From assembly GCA_021836035.1 (NCBI GenBank), contig JAKBJL010000003.1:4135-68134 (forward strand): a stretch of DNA of 64,000 bases. Direction: 5' to 3'. This document shows positions 39,870-48,105 of this stretch, one piece after another (within the stretch, counting starts at the first letter, position 1; every line of letters starts with the position of its first letter). The notes under the pieces were generated by a model. It did no database searches and was not told the origin of the DNA. It saw nothing but the letters and a program-made list of their open reading frames with translations. Source of the stretch: a bacterium (GTDB lineage Bacteria > Patescibacteriota > Microgenomatia > JAMCZE01). A program made the position numbers and the translations under genes.

Positions 39870-41951
39870 ATGAGGGTTGCCGGGATGTTGGTGTTGGCCA
39901 CGGGGGTAATTGTCGGATTATTTCTTTTCTTCCGTGCCGGTACGGTAAAAGCCCAGACGTGTGGTCTTTGTAACGGGGGTAAAGATTCCACTTGTTCCTG
40001 CGGGATTTACGGCCAAACCCGGGTAGCTCCCTGTTGCGATAGTGCTCCCAGTTGCCGCTTCTTAGGTTTTGAGGGCTGTCATGTAGATCCTTCGGGAACC
40101 GGTTGTGTTCCCACTGGCTGTGCCGGTGGCGGCGGGGGAGGAGGACTTACCTGTAATGAGAACGGAGGTTGGTGTGTGGGCGATTTATGTACAGACGAAA
40201 ATGCCGAAAAAACAGGCTCGTGTGGTTCCTATTGGATTACCGGCGTAAACGCCCAGAACTGGGACGAAACAACCTGCAAGCAGCGTAATTGGACTTATCC
40301 AGGTGTTCCGGTAAAGAAAGATAATGGGAACGGTTACTGGTTGCCGAAAGGACAATGTACGGGCGCCTGTAGACTGTCGGGAAAAACCTGCGGAGAGGGA
40401 ACCTGTAAGGATGTCTGCAATAATGATGTTCCCTGTAACATAGCGTGTCCGTCTCCTACTCCGCCTCCGCAATATCCTGTCTGCGATAGTCTTAACGTCG
40501 CTCAGTCCGGCCCTTATGCTCCGGCGACAATGACTATCAATTTAACCGGGCATACGGTTAATGGCGGCGTCATTAATACTTACGGGTTAGATATTATTGA
40601 CCCGACAGGGAAAACTAATCACTATGAAAATACTACGGGTAAATTCAGCATCTCTTTTAATCTCCCGGGGAATTACCAATTTACCGGTACCGTGATAGAC
40701 AACCTGGGTAAAACTTCTATCTGTAAAAGTACTTCGGTAACTTTACTGAAACCTCCGTTGTCCTGCAATTTAACTTTATATGACGCGCCGACAAATGATT
40801 TGGTTATCGGCGAGATATACCAAGCCTTGAAAGCAAGGGTTGATCTTACAAATAGCACGGACTACAACGATGTGAAAAAAGTGGAATTTACTTCTTCTAA
40901 TGGTCAGGCTATTCAAATTGACCCTGCGGTTATCGATTGGTATGTATATAACGGCATTTACGGGACAGATCTAAATATTAAGGGTGTAGCAAAAAAGATA
41001 TTTATTAAAGCCACAGCTACGTTGAGGAATGGGAAAATTTGTTTCGATGAGGTGGAGATAAATTCAACCTGGTTTCCTGCTTGGTGGCAAGCTAACCAGC
41101 CATCCGCGTACGGTGATATTTTTGCTTTTGACGAAATTAAGGACCCCATTTTTACCGACTTGAGCACCTTTTTGGATCTGGGGAACAATCCCGCGAAACA
41201 CTCTGCTGCCGTAGCTACCAATAGGGGAACCACCGGGTTTCCCACGCCGGACCTTAGCGGGGTCCCGGTAAACAAACTGAATAGTGCTATGTGGAAGATT
41301 AAAACGAATTCCCTCTACCCGGTGGGGCAGGCGGGACAGTATTTAAGCTATGACTACTGGTACAAATATCTAGGTGGGGATAGTTCGGTCCAAACCATGA
41401 CCGATAATGTTAATTCCGCTAATTATCTTGATGACCATTTGACGGAGGGTATATATACCCCCAGTCCTGGTCCGAACCTGCATATTCATCATAAACAGCA
41501 AATCAGTGCCGGGAAATATTTAATCATTTTAGTTCCCGGCAATCTTTATATCGATTATGCGGTGTCTGGCGAGGGGACCTGGATTGAACGTACGGATCCG
41601 ACCGCTTTTATAGCTTTCATTGTCAAAGGAAATATTATAATTGCGAACGGTCTGCAAAATGGGAATAATCCCTTGCTGGACGGGGTATATATTGCCCAAG
41701 GGAAATTCCAGACGGGGACTAGTATTGATTACTCAGGCGATAAAGATCCTAAGGATCCGAATAATCAAAATAAACAATTCCGTGGACGGGGGATTTTTGC
41801 CGCGGGCGGTGGATTTACCCTGGATCGGGATTTAACCAATCTTAATAATAAACAACCGGCAGAGATCTTCGATTATGACCCCTCATTGGTTCTTAACGCT
41901 CCTGCCATTATTCGTCGCTCGCATTACACTTGGGCGGAAATTGCCCCATAA
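39870..41951 (+). CDS. Large secreted Cys-rich surface protein. Paralog of 35964..38978.
   Basis: The internal ATG gives the signal MRVAGMLVLATGVIVGLFLFFRAGTVKA followed by QTCG. The shared C-terminal domain is WWQANQPSAYGDIFAF...FLDLGNNPAKHS...YDPSLVLNAPAIIRR. Confidence 0.6.
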   Translation: MRVAGMLVLATGVIVGLFLFFRAGTVKAQTCGLCNGGKDSTCSCGIYGQTRVAPCCDSAPSCRFLGFEGCHVDPSGTGCVPTGCAGGGGGGGLTCNENGGWCVGDLCTDENAEKTGSCGSYWITGVNAQNWDETTCKQRNWTYPGVPVKKDNGNGYWLPKGQCTGACRLSGKTCGEGTCKDVCNNDVPCNIACPSPTPPPQYPVCDSLNVAQSGPYAPATMTINLTGHTVNGGVINTYGLDIIDPTGKTNHYENTTGKFSISFNLPGNYQFTGTVIDNLGKTSICKSTSVTLLKPPLSCNLTLYDAPTNDLVIGEIYQALKARVDLTNSTDYNDVKKVEFTSSNGQAIQIDPAVIDWYVYNGIYGTDLNIKGVAKKIFIKATATLRNGKICFDEVEINSTWFPAWWQANQPSAYGDIFAFDEIKDPIFTDLSTFLDLGNNPAKHSAAVATNRGTTGFPTPDLSGVPVNKLNSAMWKIKTNSLYPVGQAGQYLSYDYWYKYLGGDSSVQTMTDNVNSANYLDDHLTEGIYTPSPGPNLHIHHKQQISAGKYLIILVPGNLYIDYAVSGEGTWIERTDPTAFIAFIVKGNIIIANGLQNGNNPLLDGVYIAQGKFQTGTSIDYSGDKDPKDPNNQNKQFRGRGIFAAGGGFTLDRDLTNLNNKQPAEIFDYDPSLVLNAPAIIRRSHYTWAEIAP

Positions 41952-42046
41952 AAACTGCATAGCGAGCGTTTGGCGGCCAGTATATAGAAGAGAATAAAAA
42001 TCTGGAATTTCCTTTACGCTACGAACTTCCCGCTTTATGCTTAGAT

Positions 42047-42925
42047 TTAAACCTGTACTCTTACCGCCGGGCTCATGGTGGATTTGAGGAAGAGGGATTT
42101 TATTCTTTCCCGACCGATAGCTTTGATTAAAGCTTCCGCGTTCTCTACTAAATCTTTATCGGCAAAGCTCACTTTACCCAGAATCGTATGGACAATCGGC
42201 GCTTCCGTTTCGGTTTTAAACTGGATCTGGCCGGTAGATAATTTTTTCGCTAACTCTTCCGGGTTTTCGCCTATAGTTCCGGTTTTCGGGTTGGGCATTA
42301 GCCCCTTGGGGCCTAAAATTTTAGCAATTTTAGCCAGTTTCGGCATGAGAGTTGGGTGGGCGACTAGAATATCAAAATCAATATTGCCGCCTTTTTCTAA
42401 ATCCGTAATCAGTTTCTCGTCCGCAATACGGATGCGGATTTCTTTTCCAGTACCGTGGGGGAGGGCAACCACACCCCGAACCCCTTTTTCCGTAAGGTTG
42501 GCGTGCAATTCCATGGTGCCGTCAAATTTGGAAAATGTAGTCTTTTTGACCAATTCGATAGCTTCCGATAGGGGATAAGTTTTGTTTTTGTCCACCAAAG
42601 ATTTCATTTGCAGATACGTTTTTCCATGGGATAATTTTCTGCCCGCGGCAGATCGGCCCAGGGTCGATTTTTCCCCGGTCTTCTTAAGCTTTTTTTCTTC
42701 CGGTGCTTGTTCTTGTACTTGTTCTTTTTCCTTTTCTTTTTCTTTTTCTTGTTCTTGTACTTGTATTTGAACTTGTTCCTTTTCCCCTTTTTCACTATCT
42801 TTATGCTCTATGCTTTCCGCTTTCCGCTTAGTTAGTCTTTTTTGCTCGCGTTTAGCCTCCGACTTCCTGCGGGCGGCTTCCTCTGCTTTTTCATCTCCCA
42901 TGACAACTGTTTTAACTTTTCCCAT
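42047..42925 (-). CDS. rplA: 50S ribosomal protein L1 with an N-terminal Lys/Glu-rich extension of about 95 aa.
   Basis: The core (VALPHGTGKEIRIRI...LGPKGLMPNPKTGT...) is L1. The N-terminus KAEEAARRKSEAKREQKRLTKRKAES...EQEKEKEKEKEQVQEQAPEEKK is encoded by the low-complexity DNA at about 42700-42790. Confidence 0.85.
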   Translation of the reverse strand: MGKVKTVVMGDEKAEEAARRKSEAKREQKRLTKRKAESIEHKDSEKGEKEQVQIQVQEQEKEKEKEKEQVQEQAPEEKKLKKTGEKSTLGRSAAGRKLSHGKTYLQMKSLVDKNKTYPLSEAIELVKKTTFSKFDGTMELHANLTEKGVRGVVALPHGTGKEIRIRIADEKLITDLEKGGNIDFDILVAHPTLMPKLAKIAKILGPKGLMPNPKTGTIGENPEELAKKLSTGQIQFKTETEAPIVHTILGKVSFADKDLVENAEALIKAIGRERIKSLFLKSTMSPAVRVQV

Positions 42926-43046
42926 TTTTAGTAAATTCTATAAATCAAATTCCAAGATAAATAGTAAATTCTAAATTAAAAATTATTAAATATTTAAATA
43001 TTTAGATTTACTTTAGATAATTAGATCTGGTTTCTTGGCAATTTTG

Positions 43047-43472
43047 TTACTCAATTTTAATGCCCATTGATCTTGCTGTTCCGGCAACAATTTTCTCTGC
43101 AGCCTCTAAGTTGTCATTGGCGTTTAAATCTTCCATTTTAGCAGTAGCAATTTTTGTAACTTGCTCATGGGTAATAGTTCCCACCGATTCCTGGCCTGGT
43201 TTTTTCGCTCCCTTTTCCAGCTTTAACTCCTTTTTTATTAGCTCGGCTACAGGCGGCAGTTTGGTAATAAATGAGAACGTTCTGTCCTCATAAACAGTTA
43301 TAACGGCCGGTATAACCTGCCCTTTTTTATCGGCTGTTTTTTCGTTGTAAGCCCGCACAAAGTCCATGATCGGCAGTCCGTGTTGGCCCAAGGCGGGACC
43401 AACCGGCGGAGCCGGAGTAGCTTCTCCCGCAGGAAGATTTAACTTAATAATAGTCTTAACTTTTTTTGCCAT
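43047..43472 (-). CDS. rplK: 50S ribosomal protein L11.
   Basis: [22 protein letters not shown]... canonical L11 sequence. Confidence 0.9.
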   Translation of the reverse strand: MAKKVKTIIKLNLPAGEATPAPPVGPALGQHGLPIMDFVRAYNEKTADKKGQVIPAVITVYEDRTFSFITKLPPVAELIKKELKLEKGAKKPGQESVGTITHEQVTKIATAKMEDLNANDNLEAAEKIVAGTARSMGIKIE

Positions 43473-43475
43473 AGC

Positions 43476-44057
43476 TTATAATTTAGTAACCTGCAGGAAG
43501 TCCAGCTCTACCGGGGTTTCGCGGCCGAAAATAGAAACAAGCACCTTCAGTTTGCCGTGGGCTTCGTCTATAGAGTCGACTGTTCCTAAAAAATCGGCAA
43601 AGGGACCGTCAATAATTTTGATGGCTTCACCGGCGGAAAAGCTGCTCTTAAATTTCGGTGCCGCCAGCTGCGAAAATTTCATGATCGCTTCCACTTCTGA
43701 TTCCGGCAGGGGGGTGGGTTTGTTTCCCGTTCCGATAAAAGCGGTTACCCCCGAAGTAGTCCGTACGGCCAGCCATGAGTCGTCAGTTAAAATCATTCTG
43801 ACGAGAATGTAGCCCGGGAAGATCTTTTCTTTGACTTCTTCTTTTTTGCCGCGTTTGACAGTCATGGTGTCCTTGGTCGGAACCATAACTTCGAATATGT
43901 AATCCATCAAACCCATCGCCTCCGCGCGTTGTTTAAGAGCCGCGGCCACTTTGTTTTCGTGGCCAGAATAAGTATGAACCACATACCACTTAGCTAAATC
44001 CGAAGGCTTGGATTGCGGATTTGCTTCCGTATTTACTTGTGTAGTTTGTTCATCCAT
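43476..44057 (-). CDS. nusG: Transcription termination/antitermination factor NusG.
   Basis: From the internal Met: MDEQTT...KWYVVHTYSGHENKV...PGYILVRM... with KOW region GEAIKIIDGPFADFLGTVDSID. The track's 5' extension overlaps secE. Confidence 0.85.
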   Translation of the reverse strand: MDEQTTQVNTEANPQSKPSDLAKWYVVHTYSGHENKVAAALKQRAEAMGLMDYIFEVMVPTKDTMTVKRGKKEEVKEKIFPGYILVRMILTDDSWLAVRTTSGVTAFIGTGNKPTPLPESEVEAIMKFSQLAAPKFKSSFSAGEAIKIIDGPFADFLGTVDSIDEAHGKLKVLVSIFGRETPVELDFLQVTKL

Positions 44058-44086
44058 ACAGTAATTAGAAATTAGATGTTTATTAG

Positions 44087-44317
44087 CTATCTGCTTAATA
44101 TGGCTGCCATTGCTTTGGCAAAAATAAAATCTAATCCTCCTAGGTAAACCCCGACTAAAACCGATACCCCAACAACTACAGCGGTTAATTTTAACACTTC
44201 CGGCCGGCTGGGCCAAGCAACCTTACGCAGTTCCGACCGCACTTCCTTGAGAAAAGTTACCGGATTAGTCCCGAAATTCGGACGGGTAATATTAAAAGAA
44301 TCGCTTATTTGGACCAT
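44087..44317 (-). CDS. secE: Preprotein translocase subunit SecE.
   Basis: 76 aa with a single C-terminal TM. KEVRSELRKVAWPSRPEV motif. Sits directly upstream of nusG. Confidence 0.7.
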   Translation of the reverse strand: MVQISDSFNITRPNFGTNPVTFLKEVRSELRKVAWPSRPEVLKLTAVVVGVSVLVGVYLGGLDFIFAKAMAAILSR

Positions 44318-44477
44318 AATTAATTATCGGTTTTCAGTTCTCGGTTCTCAGAAATAAGTTTACCGGTTCTCTTTTTATCGGTTACCGATAAACCGAGAAC
44401 AGATAGACTGGAATCCGAAAACCGCCAGCCCAAGGCTGATCCGCCTCGGGCGGGAAAACTGGCAATTAATAACCGCA

Positions 44478-44651
44478 TTATTTTAATTTCTCGGTTTCCT
44501 TGTGCTCCGTGTGTTTTCGGCAATGCCGGCAGTATTTTTTTAATACTAATTTATCTTTGTTTTCCAGCTTGTTTTTGGCCGTCACGTAATTACGGTATCC
44601 GCAGACAGCGCAGACCAAACCTAACTTCACCGTTGCATCTTTTTGGGCCAT
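44478..44651 (-). CDS. rpmG: 50S ribosomal protein L33.
   Basis: The 57-aa ORF is below the track threshold: [57 protein letters not shown], with Cys-x2-Cys...Cys-x2-Cys zinc-ribbon spacing. Conserved position upstream of secE. Confidence 0.7.
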   Translation of the reverse strand: MAQKDATVKLGLVCAVCGYRNYVTAKNKLENKDKLVLKKYCRHCRKHTEHKETEKLK

Positions 44652-44944
44652 GGGACAATTATACCGAACAACCGGAAAGAGGACAAGTAGCGCCTAGATA
44701 TGCCGCGAAATAATGATCGCACCAACCGATCCGGCGACAGCTCCGGCATATTGGAGGATTTGTAGGGGATCGGAGAAATAGCCTGCTCGGATAAAAGTGG
44801 CGATGATGCCGACGGTAAAAACGAGTGCGGGGACGACTTGGTGAATGGGCAGCTTTAGGTTGATCACTAAGCGGTCATTTTAGAGATCAGCAGCTCTCTT
44901 GTCAAGGACTTAATAAGAAACAGGATAATTTAATGTACGAAGAG

Positions 44945-45247
44945 TTAAAGTCTATCTTTTTCCGGGGGACAGTATGGCCAAAGTTCCTCAATGGATTTGC
45001 CTGCTAATTGTTGGCAAACCCTATCGATGGAGGACACATCCTCGAGGGGATATATGGGTGGTGTAGGCCCGGCTTCGGGGGGCATGGGGTAGTTGTGGAG
45101 TAATTCTTCTGAAAATCGTATGTAATCAGAAGTACCTACGGTAAGCCGGAGTGATTTATCTTCCCGTATTATTAAAATATCCCAACCGACAATTTTATCT
45201 TTATCGCGAATACAACCTAGTTCCTGGCAATGTTGATTCTCATTCAT
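44945..45247 (-). CDS. Hypothetical protein.
   Basis: 100-aa ORF, no motif. Confidence 0.3.
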   Translation of the reverse strand: MNENQHCQELGCIRDKDKIVGWDILIIREDKSLRLTVGTSDYIRFSEELLHNYPMPPEAGPTPPIYPLEDVSSIDRVCQQLAGKSIEELWPYCPPEKDRL

Positions 45248-45250
45248 AAA

Positions 45251-45907
45251 TTACATTTTTTTGTTTTTGTTAAAAGAAAGGGCATTATAGACATCGGTCT
45301 CCCGGGTTTTATTATCGCAAACGGCTACTTTGAGATAAATTGGATCCGCAAAATCATAACGATATACCGGATTATATTTTTTTGTTGATCTTTCGACCCC
45401 TCCGATTTTCATATAATACACACGATCGCAACCAGAACCATTGCTGGAGTAATAGATATTGGTATCACCGGGTCCATACGTCCTGGGCTGGTTAACGGTT
45501 TTACTGTTGCGATAACCTAATCCCATATCAAGCCGGGCTATAAGATCACTGTACCAAATCTTATTGTAAATACTTTCTTTTGTTTGCGCTATTTCCAGCT
45601 TTTCTGCTAATTCCTTCCTCCTTATTTCCGATAGGGTTTCATCCCTTAACTTATTTTCAATATCCGCCACCGGATTTTTTATAAACCTTGCCATTTCTTT
45701 AGAGATGGCTTCCCCGACATAAAATATTTTACCGCTGACTGTTTCAACCTTAGAGAGAGCCGCGGTCATTGGCTCCCGCAACCAACCCAGCCGGTCTGGG
45801 CCAATATTGATACGAAGATTTGTAATTTCTTTGCTGATTATACCTTCGTGAAATTTTTCTCTTGATGGGGCGATGGGAGAAATAATAGTATCAGGAAATA
45901 TAGCCAT
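45251..45907 (-). CDS. Hypothetical protein.
   Basis: 218-aa ORF, no motif. Confidence 0.35.
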   Translation of the reverse strand: MAIFPDTIISPIAPSREKFHEGIISKEITNLRINIGPDRLGWLREPMTAALSKVETVSGKIFYVGEAISKEMARFIKNPVADIENKLRDETLSEIRRKELAEKLEIAQTKESIYNKIWYSDLIARLDMGLGYRNSKTVNQPRTYGPGDTNIYYSSNGSGCDRVYYMKIGGVERSTKKYNPVYRYDFADPIYLKVAVCDNKTRETDVYNALSFNKNKKM

Positions 45908-46480
45908 AACAGATAATTCTAATTTACTACTTCGGAGCGTAAAGTCAAGCAGCTGTCCTGGTCCGGTATATATCGGACTTTGGGTTCTCCTTTAACCTAA
46001 GGACCGCGGGTGTTAAAGACCCTAAGGTCCGGTGCGGCCTTACCGTATTGAAAACATTTCCGTAACTTTTTCAGTTCGGGATATATGTTAAAATAGGGCA
46101 ATGGAAGAAGAATTTAACAAGACCGAAGAAATTAAAAACGGAGCTACCGGCGGGCAAACAGTACCCGAGGAAGTGAAAAACAAGTTAAGAAGATTTCTCG
46201 CCTTAAGGAAAAAACCGGTAACCCGGGAGAATGCTTCGCCGGAAAAGATTAGAGAGGCTGCAGATCTTGCCCGTAAATTTCGCCCCAATACTCCCGCTGC
46301 GGAAAGCTTTAATAAAAATTAATTTATTTTCAACAAGTTTGCTTCAGGAGGCAATGCCTATTAAGGGAAATAAAGGTAAAAGTGTTACGCCATGGCGTAG
46401 TACTTTATAAAGTGTACTCTTTATAGAGTGCGGATGGATTTTGATATTACTAGGATAAAACGAATAAATTTTGACTTTAT

Positions 46481-46542
46481 GAGCCGCCTGACAGAATCGG
46501 ATCCTCAACCCTCCCGCCAAAGGCGGGCGCTCTACCCATATG
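46481..46542 (-). other. Degenerate tRNA-like copy (pseudo-tRNA, or the 3' portion of a tRNA) abutting tRNA-Thr.
   Basis: Aligns to the tRNA-Thr D/T/acceptor-3' regions (TGGGTAGAGCG; GGTTGAGGATCCGATTC...GGCGGCTCA). The T-stem is broken and there is no 5' acceptor strand. The anticodon-arm position is occupied by the palindrome CCCGCC-TTT-GGCGGG. Confidence 0.3.
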
Positions 46543-46614
46543 AGCCGGGAGAGGGAATCGGACCCTCGACCTAAGTCTTACCAAGACTTCGCTCTACCAC
46601 TGAGCCATCCCGGC
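46543..46614 (-). tRNA. tRNA-Thr (anticodon GGT).
   Basis: Cloverleaf: GCCGGGA-TG-GCTC-AGTGGT-AGAGC-G-AAGTC-TTGGTAA-GACTT-AGGTC-GAGGG-TCCGATT-CCCTC-TCCCGGC-T. No encoded CCA. Confidence 0.7.
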
Positions 46615-46716
46615 TTAATAATTTTTTAGAGCATTTCCACCCTTGTACGATTTAATTTGTCTTTCCCTGGGTCTCGCCTCAATTTCTGTGCTATACGTTT
46701 TTAACTGAATTAATTT

Positions 46717-46851
46717 TCACTTGCCTTCGGTGGCAATTGACCTGGTATGCCCTGAATTATGTTCCTTAAGTATTCGTTCGGTGTCATTGGTCAAACCAAT
46801 ATATTTCCTCTCCGAAAGAACATCTTTATTATATAAGTAAAATATATGACT
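46717..46851 (-). pseudogene. GIY-YIG nuclease domain fragment.
   Basis: ...SHIFYLYNKDVLSERKYIGLTNDTERILKEHNSGHTRSIATEGK* matches the GIY-YIG core (YIG.T.DL.RRL.EHNSG....TK). It stops before the PW...Y segment. The only in-frame start is far upstream and reads through a palindromic repeat. Confidence 0.4.
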
Positions 46852-46956
46852 CTCTGCCTCCCAGCCAAAGGCGGGCGCTCGGACTTTATCCGCCTTTGGC
46901 GGAACCGAGCCAAGACGGCAGAAGTTTTGCAGTAATGATATCATAACCCCAGCAAC

Positions 46957-47958
46957 ATGCGAAATATTTGGTTCCTGCCGGTAGCCTTGGTTTTTCTCCT
47001 GGTGACGCTTTCTGGCCTGCTTTTGCTTCCTAGAGGCAAGCGGGATTTTATCTCACCCCTGATTCCTCCTAAACCTAAACCTTTAATTGCCTATACCTAC
47101 GAAAATTTACGACAGAGACAATACCAAGCTTCCGGAATTAATTGGGAAAAAATCCTGACCCAAAATAAGAATTTTACTACCTGGATTTTTTCTTTTACTT
47201 CGGACGGCAAGAGGATTTCTGGAACGGCTGACCTTCCCGCGGGGGTAGCTACCGGAAGCGCTTTGTCCTCACCGACAATCATGATGATTCATGGTTATGC
47301 AGAAGTAGCGGAATATTACCCGGGTTTCGGAACGGAAAAAGTGGCCGGAGAGTTAGCTAAAAATGGATTTGTTACTTTGGCCCCGGACTTTTTAGGTTAC
47401 GGATCTTCCGACAAACCCAGCGGCAATGTGTTTGAAGACCGTTTTATGACCTATACGACCGTACTGAATTTGATTTCTACTTATGAAGAAAATTGTAAAT
47501 TAAAAATTGCAAATTGTAAATTCGGCCTGTGGGGTCATTCTAACGGTGGGCAAATCGCCCTTTCGGTTTTAGAGATTTCCGGGAAAAAGATTCCGGCGGT
47601 ACTTTGGAATCCGGTTTCCAAACCTTTTCCCTACAGCATTTTGTATTACACCGACGAATTTGATGATCGGGGCAAAGCTTTGCGCAAAAACCTGGCGGAA
47701 TTTGAAAATGACTACGATGTGGAATTGTATTCCTTACCCAACTATCTTGATTGGATCGAAGCTAATATTCTTTTACAACAGGGAGCTTTAGATGAATCGG
47801 TTCCCCAGAAATGGTCTGACGAGCTGGCAAAAAATTTAAAAGATAAAAATAAAAAGGTTACCTATATGGTTTATCCAGGGGCCGATCATAACATGCAACC
47901 GCAATGGCAGAATGCCGTGTCAGACGCCGTGAGCTTCTTCAAGGCGGGGCTGGAGTGA
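46957..47958 (+). CDS. Secreted/membrane-anchored alpha/beta-fold hydrolase.
   Basis: N-terminal TM FLPVALVFLLVTLSGLLLL. Nucleophile elbow GLWGHSNGGQIA (G-H-S-x-G). Confidence 0.65.
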   Translation: MRNIWFLPVALVFLLVTLSGLLLLPRGKRDFISPLIPPKPKPLIAYTYENLRQRQYQASGINWEKILTQNKNFTTWIFSFTSDGKRISGTADLPAGVATGSALSSPTIMMIHGYAEVAEYYPGFGTEKVAGELAKNGFVTLAPDFLGYGSSDKPSGNVFEDRFMTYTTVLNLISTYEENCKLKIANCKFGLWGHSNGGQIALSVLEISGKKIPAVLWNPVSKPFPYSILYYTDEFDDRGKALRKNLAEFENDYDVELYSLPNYLDWIEANILLQQGALDESVPQKWSDELAKNLKDKNKKVTYMVYPGADHNMQPQWQNAVSDAVSFFKAGLE

Positions 47959-48105
47959 CCTAAAGCAAATAGCTTAAAGCCATTAGCCGTCAGCTTTAAG
48001 CTAATTAGTAAAATCTTGGGTTAACCCCAGTAACATGCGCACTAGCTCCCGCGTACTATGTGCCGTCGTCGCTGGTTCGCAGTTACGGGGCAAGCGCCTT
48101 CGGGA

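Noticed and set aside
42604-42795. 63-aa Lys-rich ORF (MKKGKRNKFKYKYK...) antisense-frame within rplA.
   Set aside because: Artefact of the low-complexity tract that encodes the L1 N-terminal KE-rich extension. Wholly contained in rplA.
46481-46542. Second functional tRNA immediately downstream of tRNA-Thr(GGT).
   Set aside because: No 5' acceptor strand, a broken T-stem, and an atypical 'anticodon' arm formed by a 6-bp palindrome with a 3-nt loop. Kept only as a degenerate tRNA-like copy.
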